Assembly: GCA_022072505.1 (NCBI GenBank)
Contig: JAJVHU010000049.1
Span: 36,915 to 100,914, forward strand
DNA length: 64,000 bases
Source: Phycisphaerae bacterium
Lineage (GTDB): Bacteria > Planctomycetota > Phycisphaerae > UBA1845
Reading direction: 5' to 3'
Shown: positions 1-9,345 of the stretch, piece by piece
Layout of the letters: every line of letters begins with the position of its first letter
Numbering within the stretch: the stretch's first letter is position 1
Program-made: the position numbers and the translations under genes
Notes under the pieces: generated by a model
Told to the model about the DNA's origin: nothing
The model's database searches: none
The model's input: only the letters and a program-made list of their open reading frames with translations

Positions 1-560
1 GCGGCAACTCCGACGCCTCGACCCCGTTGGGGTCGAAGAAACGCGGCGCGCCGTGCCGCCTTCGAGGTGGGTCAAGAAACGTTGCGCGCCGCGGTGCACC
101 GGAGTCAAGCGGGGACTCAGAAGAACGCTTCCTGACGGGCGCGGCTCGGAAAGAAGAATCCTCGCGCCTCAAAAACGTTGCGGTTCCGCTGCGGCGGAAC
201 GACACAACGCGCGCGAACCCCAGTTCCGGGCCGCCGGGGTATGAGACGGAGGTCGCCGTCGGGCGGAGGCATGACGGGCACGCACGAACCGGATAATACC
301 GGAAAAACGCGGGTCGCGGGCAGACGCGAGCATTTGGCTGCCCCGCGGATCATGCCTATGATTCACGAAGCCGCTGTTTAAGGCACGTTCGACACGGGGG
401 CGAGTAACGGTTGCTTTCTTACGGGCGCGGCTCGGTCTGAATCGTTAGTCCAGATCCCGCGGCGCGTTACGAGGCGAGCATTCGCGCGGGCTGAAGCCCG
501 CGGCGCGTTACGAGGCGAGCATTCGCGCGGGCTGAAGCCCGCGGCTCAGAGGGGGGTTTC
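1..560. repeat. Gene-free mosaic of short dispersed palindromic repeat modules
   Basis: Carries modules that recur at 21.0-21.9, 25.8-26.1, 28.7-29.0, 45.0-45.4, 49.3 and 53.2 kb. These are the CGACCCC-GTT-GGGGTCG hairpin (19-35), the end motif CACCGGAGTCAAGCGGGGACTCAG (97-120) and the core GAACGCTTCCTGACGGGCGCGGCTCGG (122-149, degenerate copy 411-435). Track ORFs here (27..296, 53..244 and others) are R/G/P-rich translations of the repeats. Confidence 0.7.
457..549. repeat. Tandem repeat, about 2.2 copies of a 41-bp unit carrying a GCGGGC-TGAA-GCCCGC hairpin
   Basis: CGGCGCGTTA occurs at 460-469 and 501-510, giving a period of 41. Each unit ends in CGCGGGCTGAAGCCCGCGG. The same hairpin module recurs at 7661-7694 (inverted) and 49437-49470. 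Confidence 0.85.
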
Positions 561-612
561 ACATAACTCGCTGTTTCAATATCCGCGTGAAAGACCCGAA
601 AGGCACGCTTCC

Positions 613-1569
613 TTGATCGCGCCGGGGTCTGTGAGGCGCGCGGGCGTTGGCGGAAAAGGGCAGGCAGGTCGCGTGGAAGTCAAGCTGGCGAAATCGCGGG
701 GGTTCTGTTTCGGAGTCGAGGACGCCGTGGAGATCGCGGAGCGCGCCCTGGCGGACCGCGGGGCGGGGAACGTCATCGCGCTCGGTCCGGTCATTCACAA
801 TCCGCAGGTGGTGTCGCGGCTGGAGGAGCAAGGGCTGAGCCAGACCGGCGTGCTCGAGCGGATCGAACCGGGCAAGTCGGTGCTGATCCGGTCGCACGGC
901 GCCCGGCCGGAGACGTATGAGCAGGCGCGGGGGCTGGGCCTGAACATCGTGGACGCGACGTGCGTACTGGTGAAGCACGCGCAGGACGCGGTGCGGCGGT
1001 TGCACGAGGAAGGCTATCACGTGGTGATGATCGGCGACCCGAACCACCCGGAGGTGCGGGGGGTCATCGGATACGCGCCGGTCGTGACGGTGATCGACGA
1101 GGGGTCGGACCTGGAGGACGCGCTGCCGTACCGCGAGCGCCTGGGCATCGTGGCGCAGACGACGCACTCGCCGGAGCACGTGGCGCAGATGATCGCGAAG
1201 ATCCTCGTTCGCCCGTACAAGGAAGTGAAGATCATCAACACGCTCTGCCTGGAGGTGACGCGGCGGCAGGAGTCGGCGCTGGCGCTGTGCGACGAGGTGG
1301 AGGTGATGTTCGTGCTGGGCGGACTGAAGTCGGCGAACACGCGCGAGATGGTGCGCCTCTGCCGGGAGAAGGGGCGGGAGACACATCACCTCGAGACGCA
1401 CGAGCAGCTCACCGCCGACATGACGGCGGGGAAGCGCGTCGCCGGCGTGACGGCGGGAGCGTCGACGCCGGAGTGGGTGATTACCGAATTCGTCGAGAAG
1501 CTCCGGGCGATCCCGATCAGCCCTTCCGATCTTGAATCGCCTCCGGGCGTCCGCCTCCGCGCGGACTGA
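613..1569 (+). CDS. ispH: 4-hydroxy-3-methylbut-2-enyl diphosphate reductase (IspH/LytB)
   Basis: Motifs GFCFGVEDAV, VIHNPQVV, IRSHGA, VDATCVLV, IVAQTTHS, NTLCLEVTRRQ and TAGASTPEW. The ORF opens with TTG at 613. An in-frame GTG at 673 (VEVKLAKSRGFCFGV) is the more typical N-terminus. Confidence 0.93.
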   Translation: MIAPGSVRRAGVGGKGQAGRVEVKLAKSRGFCFGVEDAVEIAERALADRGAGNVIALGPVIHNPQVVSRLEEQGLSQTGVLERIEPGKSVLIRSHGARPETYEQARGLGLNIVDATCVLVKHAQDAVRRLHEEGYHVVMIGDPNHPEVRGVIGYAPVVTVIDEGSDLEDALPYRERLGIVAQTTHSPEHVAQMIAKILVRPYKEVKIINTLCLEVTRRQESALALCDEVEVMFVLGGLKSANTREMVRLCREKGRETHHLETHEQLTADMTAGKRVAGVTAGASTPEWVITEFVEKLRAIPISPSDLESPPGVRLRAD

Positions 1570-1655
1570 AGTCCGGGGCTCGCCGTGGGCCTCCGCGCGG
1601 ACTGAAGTCCGCGGCTCGCCGTGGGCCTCCGCGCGGACTGAAGTCCGCGGCTCGC
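1554..1655. repeat. Tandem repeat, about 2.8 copies of a 36-bp unit with a GCGGAC-TGAA-GTCCGC hairpin, in the convergent gap after ispH
   Basis: CCTCCGCGCGG starts at 1554, 1590 and 1626. The first copy supplies the last codons and the stop of ispH. It lies between two convergent stops (1569 and 1662), so it may act as a bidirectional terminator or REP-like element. There is no U-run. Confidence 0.85.
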
Positions 1656-1661
1656 CGTGCG

Positions 1662-2456
1662 TCAGTAACCGGGGAAGTACCAGTCGGACTCGACCATCAC
1701 CCGCGGATGGCGCACCTCGGCGTGACCGTCGTAGAACGACTGTGAGATGCCCGCCGGGTGGCGCATGTCGGCGGCGACGCGCGGATACAGGCCGCGCGGA
1801 AGCTGCGATCCGCGGAAAACGTCGTGGTAGACGAAGATGCGATGTCCCCGGTCGTTGGAGAAACCGGACGGCATGAACTTATGCGCTTCGGCGTTGTAGA
1901 CGATGCCCGCGGGGTTCTTGATCTCGGACAGAAGTTCGGGCGGATCGTCCGGCGAGCGGTCGGGGCGCCAGTGTCCGTTCTCGTTCGGTTCGGCGCGCTG
2001 GGTGTCCGTCGACCCGCTGATGTACACCTTGGGGAACCCGTTGACCACGTAATCCAGCGTCTGCTCGCCGATGCGCGTCTGGGTCTGCGGATCGGTGACG
2101 TCTTCCGGATATTCCGGGCATTGCAGCGTCGGAACCTCGCCGAACTGCGGCGCATAAGGCTGCAGCCGATCGATCTCATGGCCGATCATCTCGACGATCA
2201 TCACCGCCCAGGGGAACTCGTCTTGTCCGCCGTCGATGTCCTTCGGAAGAAAATCGTTGAACTCGTTCCCGTACATCGCCAGCGCGTGCCCCAGATCGCG
2301 CAGGTTCGACGTGCAGACGATGGCCCGCGCCTGACGACGGGACCGGTGAAGCGAGGGCAGGAGGATCGAGATCAACAGGGCGATGATCGCGATGACGACG
2401 AGCAACTCGATCAGCGTGAACGCCCGCGCACGTCGCACGTCCGGCAGCAGCGTCAT
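1662..2456 (-). CDS. Prepilin-type N-terminal cleavage/methylation domain protein, DUF1559 (H-X9-DG) family
   Basis: N-terminus [34 protein letters not shown] is a class III signal. C-terminal ...[11 protein letters not shown] is consistent with H-X9-DG family proteins. ATG at 2456 is preceded by GGAGGA 7 nt upstream. The track ORF extends further, to 2597. Confidence 0.85.
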   Translation of the reverse strand: MTLLPDVRRARAFTLIELLVVIAIIALLISILLPSLHRSRRQARAIVCTSNLRDLGHALAMYGNEFNDFLPKDIDGGQDEFPWAVMIVEMIGHEIDRLQPYAPQFGEVPTLQCPEYPEDVTDPQTQTRIGEQTLDYVVNGFPKVYISGSTDTQRAEPNENGHWRPDRSPDDPPELLSEIKNPAGIVYNAEAHKFMPSGFSNDRGHRIFVYHDVFRGSQLPRGLYPRVAADMRHPAGISQSFYDGHAEVRHPRVMVESDWYFPGY

Positions 2457-2593
2457 GGCAAGATCCTCCATCTCCGACGAGGCCGCGATTCCCGATCCTC
2501 CGCTTGTACGGGAATCGCTCGGAAGATTCAAGTCTTTTCCCCCGCGATTTGTTCCCGGCGGCCCCTCCCGTCGCGGCGTCGTCCGCTTGACGT

Positions 2594-3634
2594 TCAACGG
2601 ATGGCGTACACCCAGAGGATTCCGGTGCTGCCGCCCGCGGGGTCGGCATAAGGGACGATCTGACCGCCCGCGACCTCGAGCGGTTCTCCATCCCGGGCGA
2701 TCGAGTGCCCCACGACCAGTCCGAGCACGCCGCCCATCACCACGTCGCTGAAATAATGCTCCTCATCCTCAAGCCGCGTGTACCCGACCAGCGCGCCAAG
2801 CCCGTAAAGCGGGATTCCCACCCACGGTCCGTACTCCTCGTGCAGGACGGAGGCGAAAACGAAGGTGCTCGCCGTGTGCCCGCTGGGGAAGGAGCCGAAC
2901 TCCCCGTTGGGGACATCGTCCCACGTCGCGGTCTTGCCGAGAATGACGGTCGCTCCGGTCAGCGCTAAGGCGCGAAAGAGCTTCGTGCTGACTTCGTAAG
3001 TGCGGTCGTCCTGTTGCTGGTGTCCGACGAGGTAGAAGATTCCCGCGACGCCGAAGTGCAGGCCGGGGTTCCCCAGGGCGCCGAAAGCGTCGCGCCAGTC
3101 GTCCTTGAACGTCCGGTGCGTTCTGAAAGAGTTCTCGACCGTGTCGTCCACATCCGTGGCTTGCAGGGTCAGTGACGCGCCGTAAGTCAGACCGAGGATG
3201 ACGAGATTCGCGCGATCCGAGTAGACCTGCTTCGCATCCTCCCAGAAAACGCCGGGGAATTCCTGAAGATCACGAGCGATCGTCTCCCCCAGATCCGGCA
3301 GGGGCCGGCGCGCCTGCGCGGGCGGCGGGACGATCGGATCACCGGTGAGATCCCTCGCTTCTCCCAGGTCGCTGACCAGGTATGCGCGTGAGCGTTCGAC
3401 GCGGGAACCCGCCGGGGCGGACGGGCGGCTCGCCCGGACCCGCGCACTTGCGAGATGCTCGACGCGAGCGGCGTCCGGACGGCCCGCGTTCGCGGCGGGA
3501 AAAGATGCCTGGACCAGCAACGATATTGATCGCACCGGCTCAGCGTTTCGGCCCGGGACGTTGGAGCACCCTGCGATCCCCAGGACCGATATCCCCCACG
3601 CCAATCCCGCACGATTGAAGTTGAACCTACGCAC
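2594..3634 (-). CDS. PAP2-family phosphatase lipoprotein
   Basis: PAP2 motifs SFPSGHTA and [12 protein letters not shown] (R-x5-H-x3-D). Lipobox VLGIAGCS follows RRFNFNR. GTG at 3634 is preceded by GGAGGGAGG 7 nt upstream. The track ORF extends to 3802. Confidence 0.8.
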   Translation of the reverse strand: MRRFNFNRAGLAWGISVLGIAGCSNVPGRNAEPVRSISLLVQASFPAANAGRPDAARVEHLASARVRASRPSAPAGSRVERSRAYLVSDLGEARDLTGDPIVPPPAQARRPLPDLGETIARDLQEFPGVFWEDAKQVYSDRANLVILGLTYGASLTLQATDVDDTVENSFRTHRTFKDDWRDAFGALGNPGLHFGVAGIFYLVGHQQQDDRTYEVSTKLFRALALTGATVILGKTATWDDVPNGEFGSFPSGHTASTFVFASVLHEEYGPWVGIPLYGLGALVGYTRLEDEEHYFSDVVMGGVLGLVVGHSIARDGEPLEVAGGQIVPYADPAGGSTGILWVYAIR

Positions 3635-4202
3635 CGACGAGCCTCCCTCCGTGATGGCGATGTTGTTGCTCCGCTCATTGCTTCGGCTCCACCCCTGCGG
3701 GATCTTGACGTAGTCCGCAGCGATGTGCCACGCCCGGCCGCCGGAGGCGTTGAGCAAGGCCCGGATCGCGCCCGAAACCGGGAACCCACCCCGCATCAAC
3801 AAGTGATGTTGATTGACGCGAACGCAGAAAAAACGGGCTTACCTGGAGCGTGCTTAGGTTGTGTTTTTGCGATCGCAAAAATCGAGGGTGTGTCAATATT
3901 TGTCTTGCCTCGCCGGAAGCGGCGGCGCATAATAAATCCCTGTGAGTGCTTGCCGCGCGTTGGCTTGTTGGTCCTCCCCCTGAAAGAACCGGTGACCGGA
4001 ATTGCGGCGCGATGATCGCCGTGCGGTGAGTTGCGCCTGCGTTTGCGTTTGAAGAATGTGAACCCTCAGACACTCAGGAGTTTTTAATGATCCCCGCAGC
4101 AAACCACGGAAGTGACGGGAGATAGGCGTTGCCCGGAGCGGTTCTGCGAGGGAATCAAGGGGTCGTGGTGATCTTTTTTCTATCGGACGGAGGAACATCG
4201 AG

Positions 4203-5678
4203 ATGGTTGGTTTGTTAGGGATTGCGGCTTGTCTTTCGATGGCGGCGGCGCCGCCGAGCGGTCCGGTGCTGGCGGGGGGCGCGGTTAAGTTGACGCCGAC
4301 CGTCGAAGGCGTGGATCTGTCGGAGTTTTTTACGGCGTGGTCCACGCAGATCCCGGATCTGCCTGGGGATTCGGGAATGCCCTTCGCGGTCGAGTTGGAG
4401 CTGGGCGGGGGGATGTACACGCTGGTGCTGGATCCGTTCTCGGTGCGCGCCGAAGGGTTCCAGGCGCTGGTGGTCCGTGACGGAGAACTGGTCGAGGTTC
4501 CGGTGGAGGCGCCGAAGACGTACCGCGGTTACGTGGAAGGCCTTCCCGGCAGCATCGTGGGCGGCTCGTACTACGACGGGCAGTTGCGGCTTGTGATCGA
4601 GATGGGCGATCTGGGCAGCTTCGGCGTTCAGCCGGTCGCCGACTTCGTGCCGGGCGTGAATGCGTTGCTGCACGTGGCGTATGCGGCGGCGGACTCGTTC
4701 ACGGATGACACGTGGACCTGCGGAACCGACGAACTGCGCCACTCCTTCGGCGGCATGCAGCCTCCTCTCGATCAATCCGAGGCGAACGGGCCTAACCCCG
4801 CCGGCGGCGATCGCACGGCCGAGGTGGCGTTTGACACGGACTTCGAGTTCTTTCAGCGCCGCGGCAGCGTGCAGGCGTGCATCGACGACATCGAGGCGAT
4901 TCAGGCGGGCGTCGACGTGATCTACGAGCGCGACGTGAACATCTGCCACGTGATCACGCGGATCATCGTCCGCGACACGTCGAACGACCCGTATTCGGGC
5001 ACCGACGCGGAGTCCATCCTGACCCAGTTCCAGAATCACTGGAACAGCCAGCAGGGCGGGGTTCAGCGCGACCTGGCGCACCTGATGGCCGGGCGGTCGC
5101 GCGACGGCGGCATTTTAGGCATCGCGTACCTGAGCGTGGTGTGCAACCGCAGCTCGGCATACGGCGTGTCGTGGACGCTGTTCTCCAGCAACATGACGCA
5201 GCGCGTGGGGCTGACGGCGCACGAGGAAGGGCACAACTGGGGCGCCGGGCACTGCTGCAGCGGGTGCAGCGGATGCAGCACCTGCCGGATCATGTGTCCG
5301 TGTCTGGGCGGATGCTCCGGAATCCTCACGAGCTTCGGCACGTCGGAGATCAGCCAGATCACGAACCACCGCAACTCGCGAAGCTGCCTCACGGACGGTT
5401 GCGGCGGCGGCGGCGGGGGCGGCGGCGTTCAGTGCGAGGACGTCAAGAACCTCAAGGGGCGATGCCGGTCGAACGGCACGATCAAGGGCAAAGTCATCCT
5501 CTTCGATGAGTCGCACGACGGCGAAGAGGTGATCATCAGCATTGACGGACGCAACTTCACCCTCACGATCAGCGGCGCCCGCGCGTCGTACAGCGTTTGC
5601 TGCTACAGCGGACCGGGGCACAGCGTGTCGCTGGTGGATCCGGGCAATTGCATCACGATCCAGGTGAACTGCGACTAG
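4203..5678 (+). CDS. Secreted zinc metalloprotease, metzincin/reprolysin-like, with a Cys-rich and poly-Gly C-terminal region
   Basis: HEEGHNWGAGH fits HExxHxxGxxH and is followed immediately by CCSGCSGCSTCRIMCPCLGGCSG and a G8 run. Hydrophobic N-terminus MVGLLGIAACLSMAAA. GGAGGA sits 9 nt upstream of the ATG. Confidence 0.8.
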   Translation: MVGLLGIAACLSMAAAPPSGPVLAGGAVKLTPTVEGVDLSEFFTAWSTQIPDLPGDSGMPFAVELELGGGMYTLVLDPFSVRAEGFQALVVRDGELVEVPVEAPKTYRGYVEGLPGSIVGGSYYDGQLRLVIEMGDLGSFGVQPVADFVPGVNALLHVAYAAADSFTDDTWTCGTDELRHSFGGMQPPLDQSEANGPNPAGGDRTAEVAFDTDFEFFQRRGSVQACIDDIEAIQAGVDVIYERDVNICHVITRIIVRDTSNDPYSGTDAESILTQFQNHWNSQQGGVQRDLAHLMAGRSRDGGILGIAYLSVVCNRSSAYGVSWTLFSSNMTQRVGLTAHEEGHNWGAGHCCSGCSGCSTCRIMCPCLGGCSGILTSFGTSEISQITNHRNSRSCLTDGCGGGGGGGGVQCEDVKNLKGRCRSNGTIKGKVILFDESHDGEEVIISIDGRNFTLTISGARASYSVCCYSGPGHSVSLVDPGNCITIQVNCD

Positions 5679-5748
5679 TTCGACTTGGAGGAGGAGGGGT
5701 CGGACGACCGTCCGGGGCTGGTCTGCGACGGCTGATCCGGCGTCTGAG

Positions 5749-5793
5749 GCGCGGGCAGGCGACATGGGGGCGCCTGCCCGCGCTTGTGTTTCC
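5749..5793 (+). terminator. Intrinsic terminator after the metalloprotease gene
   Basis: 13-bp stem GCGCGGGCAGGCG (5749-5761) pairs with CGCCTGCCCGCGC (5771-5783), followed by TTGTGTTT. Confidence 0.6.
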
Positions 5794-5846
5794 GCACCGC
5801 CGTCGGAAGGGCGACGGCGACCGGAATCCCGCGGTGCGACGGACGC

Positions 5847-6797
5847 TCACGTCGGCGCGAACCGCCGCTTGAGCGCGACATAAGGCAGCAGAAACCCCGC
5901 CGTCGCCAGCCACCCCGCCACGCCCGCGCCGACACTCGCCAGCGCCGCGTCGATGAACACGATCAACGCGATCAGCCAACCCACCGCGGTTTTCAGCACG
6001 TCCGCGCCAGGCCGCGTGATCGCCGTCACGCCGACGGCGACCACGGCTGTCATCAGGAGAACCACCGAAACGATGAGTCCCAGCCCGCCGGATGTAATTT
6101 CGATCGACGAATGCGAAACCTCGACGACGATCGGCATCAGGGAGATCCCCGCAAGCATCCCCAGCCAGCCGGGCAGGAGCGCCAAGCGCCTTGCCCGTCC
6201 GGTCTCATGCCGGGCAAACGCGGTCAAGCCGGCGACGTACACCGCAAGACACGCAGCCGCTGACGGCCACGCCACGTCATGCAGCACCAGCGCCTCGATC
6301 GAGAACGCCGGATGCAGCGATGCTCCCAGCAGAAAATTGATTCCCCGGCAAAGCCCCATCAGAGCGGGACCGAACACGGTGTGCTTGAGAACGTTGTAGG
6401 ACACGATCGAAGTCGTCAGGATGACCGCGACGCACCCCGGACGAACGCCCGCGTCCGGCGCCAGAAATCCGACGCACGCCGCCAGCAGCAGCCCGGCCGC
6501 AAAATGCTCGACCGCCACGTGCGCCGCCGCCCCGCGCGCGATCCTGCCCGACGGGATCGGTCGCTCGGGTCGTTCGTGGGCGTCATGCGGCGCGTCGACC
6601 ACGTCGTTCAGCGCCACGCCCCCGGCGTACAACGACATCGACGCCGCGCACGTGATCCCCAGCGGCAGCGCCGCCTCGAGCGACTCGATCCCGGAGAACA
6701 CCCCGCTGATCGCCGCGCCCGCGATCACGTCCGGCGGCGCCGTGAAAAGGTTCGGCACGCGCACCAGCTCGAAATACGCCCGCGCCCGCGGACTCAC
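5847..6797 (-). CDS. UbiA-family aromatic prenyltransferase
   Basis: LNDVVDAPHDAHERPERPIPSG fits the NDxxDxxxD...RP motif, and the protein is multi-pass hydrophobic. GTG at 6797 overlaps the TGA of the upstream gene (GTGA) and is preceded by GGGGGAG. The track ORF extends to 7064, into the upstream gene. Confidence 0.8.
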   Translation of the reverse strand: MSPRARAYFELVRVPNLFTAPPDVIAGAAISGVFSGIESLEAALPLGITCAASMSLYAGGVALNDVVDAPHDAHERPERPIPSGRIARGAAAHVAVEHFAAGLLLAACVGFLAPDAGVRPGCVAVILTTSIVSYNVLKHTVFGPALMGLCRGINFLLGASLHPAFSIEALVLHDVAWPSAAACLAVYVAGLTAFARHETGRARRLALLPGWLGMLAGISLMPIVVEVSHSSIEITSGGLGLIVSVVLLMTAVVAVGVTAITRPGADVLKTAVGWLIALIVFIDAALASVGAGVAGWLATAGFLLPYVALKRRFAPT

Positions 6798-7642
6798 TTC
6801 CGCTCCCCCGGCAACGCCGACAAGACCCGCCGCGCCTCCGCTCCGGCCGCGTCCGGGTCGTCCACGTAAGGATAAAGCTCGACCGTGACCCAGCCGTCGT
6901 ACCCCGTCCGCCGGATCGCGTCGAACACCGGCGCGAAGTCGATCGCCCCGCGGCCCGGAACAAGATGCGCATGCACCCGCGTCGCGGCAATGTCTTCGAC
7001 GTGATAGTGTCGCACGAAAGGCGCCAGCCGGACGACCGCGCCGGGCAGATCCTCTCCCACGCAATACAGGTGCCCGATGTCGAAGTTGATCCCGAACGCA
7101 GGCGAAGCGACGCGATCACAAAGCTCCAGCGTCTGCGCGACGTTCTCGATCAGCAGCTCCGGTTCCGGCTCAACCAGCAACGACACCCCGACGTCCTCCG
7201 CAACCCGAAGCGCCTCGCGCAGGCCGGTCACGAAAAGGTCCGTCGCCTCCTCGCGCGTCATGCCGGGCTCGAGCGGACCGCCGGGCTCCGTCGTGATCGA
7301 CGGCGCTCCGAGCCGCGCCGCCAGGCGCAGCGCCGCGATCGTGTGTTCGATCCGCACGCGGCGCAGCGCCGCGTCACGCTCGATCCACGAGGGGTGCCAG
7401 TACACGTGCCGCGGATCGCCCACCGCCTGCATCATGAACGCGTTGACGTTCGAGATCGAAAGCCCGGCCTCCACGACGCAACGCCGGATCGCCTCCGCCC
7501 GTGTCGCCGAGGTTGTCGCGGGCCAGGCATGAGGCGCGTCCGCCATCAACTCCACCCCCGCATACCCCAGCGCCGCCACCCGCCGCACCGCCTCCTCGAT
7601 CGCAAAGCGCAGGTACGCATTCGTGCTGTAGGCAAGCCTCAT
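6794..7642 (-). CDS. Sugar phosphate isomerase/epimerase (xylose isomerase-like TIM barrel)
   Basis: MRLAYSTNAYLRFAIEEAVRRVAALGYAGVELMADAPHAWP, ITTEPGGP, LLVEPEPE and INFDIGHLY are typical of the AP-endonuclease-2/TIM family. Confidence 0.8.
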   Translation of the reverse strand: MRLAYSTNAYLRFAIEEAVRRVAALGYAGVELMADAPHAWPATTSATRAEAIRRCVVEAGLSISNVNAFMMQAVGDPRHVYWHPSWIERDAALRRVRIEHTIAALRLAARLGAPSITTEPGGPLEPGMTREEATDLFVTGLREALRVAEDVGVSLLVEPEPELLIENVAQTLELCDRVASPAFGINFDIGHLYCVGEDLPGAVVRLAPFVRHYHVEDIAATRVHAHLVPGRGAIDFAPVFDAIRRTGYDGWVTVELYPYVDDPDAAGAEARRVLSALPGERK

Positions 7643-7660
7643 GTTCGGATAAGCGCCTTA

Positions 7661-7694
7661 CCGAGCCGCGGGCTTCAGCCCGCGCGAACGCTCG
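7661..7694. repeat. REP-like hairpin module (CGCGGGC-TTCA-GCCCGCG)
   Basis: CCGAGCCGCGGGCTTCAGCCCGCGCGAACGCTCG is the inverted copy of the module at 481-549 and 49437-49470. It lies in the 161-nt gap between the orphan gene and the TIM-barrel gene. Confidence 0.7.
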
Positions 7695-7803
7695 TTTCGT
7701 GGCGCGCCGCGGAATCGAGAATGACGATTTCACGTCACGCCGCGCGCCCCGGCAAGCGGTACGCCGACGCCGCGCGCAGACCCCAGCCTAAGCCGTGCCC
7801 GGC

Positions 7804-9345
7804 TTACACGCCACTGCTGGGAGGACAGATGAGAATTGCGTCCGCGGTCGTCGGAGTCGGCGACGCTTCAGGGGCGGGCGGCGCCACGGAGAGGATCGGC
7901 GCAAGGTCGGGCCGCTGATGCCTCCACATGCCCGCCACCGTCTCGATTTCGGGGTTCGGATCACTCCCCTGCGCGGTCGCCCACGCATCAAACCTCCGCA
8001 ACACGCCGACCAGCACCAGATCATGATCCGCCGGACGACCGCCGTGATCCGGCGCCTTCGCAATCGACAGCGCCAACCGCGCCGCCGCAAGCGGCGCCAA
8101 GTCCGCCAACCTCAGAATGCCCGCCCGGGCCACCGGCCACGCGAACGACTCGCACGCCCGCGACCGCTTCCACAATCCCGACAGCGACGACCAATGCAGC
8201 TCGATCTCCCCCGGCGACCCCGCGCCCAGCGTGGTCATCAACCGCTCCTGAAGATCGCGCGTCAATCGCGCATGAATGTCGCGCTCGATCCCGCCCGGCG
8301 GCGCCAGGTCCACGAACTCCGCCGACATCGCCAGCAGACGCGGAACGTCCGCCTGCTCGACCTCGTCCGTCGCCAGATACCACTTCCCCACGAAATCCAG
8401 CGATCGCAGAGACCAATCCGCGAACGTCAGCGACGTGCGACGCGAAAGCTCCCCGATCCGGTCCCCCCGCCACTGCCGCTCGACGAAGTCCAGCCACTCA
8501 CTGCGCTCCGGCGCCCCCTCGACGCCCCGCGCCGCGTCGATGAACGTCGTCTCCTGCCCCTCGCACAGCTCGCGCGACCGCGCATCCTCGGCCGACACGA
8601 CGACCAGATGATGCGCCCGCGTGTTGGAGTACCGCAGACCCGCCGACATCGACATCGTCAAGCGCAGCGGTCCGGGCAGCGCCATCCAGAGCAGCTCCGC
8701 CTCCTCCGTCGGCAACCCCACGACCTGAAGCACGACGGCCTTGCGCTGCACCAGCAGGTGCGCCACGCGCCGGCGCACCGCCGTGCCCGACGCCCCCCCG
8801 GGAAACGCTCCGTCTTCTCCGACGCACGTGCCGTCGCAGGTCAGCGCCACGGGCGGCAAGGGATCCTTCGGCTTGAGCTGCGGCGCGGTCAGCTCGCGGT
8901 CCATCGCTGCCCGCAGCACCGCAAAAGGGTTGTATCCGAAGCGTTCATAATCCGCGCGCTCGATCACCAGGTTGTACGTGTACACCCGCTGCCCCCGGCG
9001 CCCGGTGTGCTCCGCGCCGGCGGTGCGCGTGTACGCCACGCACATCCGCCCGGTCGCAAGCGGATACGCCGCCAGCCCGATCGCGTCCGGCGTGGTGCTG
9101 CAAAGCGCCTCGTGCGAGGGGGAAAACCGCGTGATCGCCTGCTTCTCCTCGACCCGCAGCGACCGCGACGACGCGACGATCCGGTAGCCTTCGCCCGTGG
9201 GCGTCCGGATCGACGTGAAGATCGCCGGGTGCGCGACGATCTCCGTGTTCGAGGGGGAGACCTCCCGCCCCGACACGCTCGACGAACACGGCGATCCGGC
9301 GCCGGACCGCGGTCCTCGGGTTATGACAGGTGCGCCAAGGTCCAC
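7804..9345 (-). CDS. Hypothetical 513-aa protein, last gene of the GTPase operon; possibly GTPase-associated protein 1 (GAP1)-like
   Basis: Long ORF with G-ending codon bias like its neighbours. The opposite-strand ORF 7795..9390 translates to R/P/Q/H-rich nonsense. GTG at 9345 is preceded by GGAG and overlaps the GTPase gene by 25 nt. The N-terminal stretch AIFTSIRTPTGEGYRIVASSRSL and the helical C-terminal half recall GAP1 proteins from memory only. I recognise no catalytic motif. Confidence 0.55.
   Translation of the reverse strand: MDLGAPVITRGPRSGAGSPCSSSVSGREVSPSNTEIVAHPAIFTSIRTPTGEGYRIVASSRSLRVEEKQAITRFSPSHEALCSTTPDAIGLAAYPLATGRMCVAYTRTAGAEHTGRRGQRVYTYNLVIERADYERFGYNPFAVLRAAMDRELTAPQLKPKDPLPPVALTCDGTCVGEDGAFPGGASGTAVRRRVAHLLVQRKAVVLQVVGLPTEEAELLWMALPGPLRLTMSMSAGLRYSNTRAHHLVVVSAEDARSRELCEGQETTFIDAARGVEGAPERSEWLDFVERQWRGDRIGELSRRTSLTFADWSLRSLDFVGKWYLATDEVEQADVPRLLAMSAEFVDLAPPGGIERDIHARLTRDLQERLMTTLGAGSPGEIELHWSSLSGLWKRSRACESFAWPVARAGILRLADLAPLAAARLALSIAKAPDHGGRPADHDLVLVGVLRRFDAWATAQGSDPNPEIETVAGMWRHQRPDLAPILSVAPPAPEASPTPTTADAILICPPSSGV

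Noticed and set aside
27-381. Overlapping small ORFs at the left edge (27..296, 53..244, 117..353, 169..366 and 178..381).
   Set aside because: They lie entirely within repeat modules that recur elsewhere in the window in both orientations. They are mutually overlapping in several frames and have R/G/P-rich compositions.
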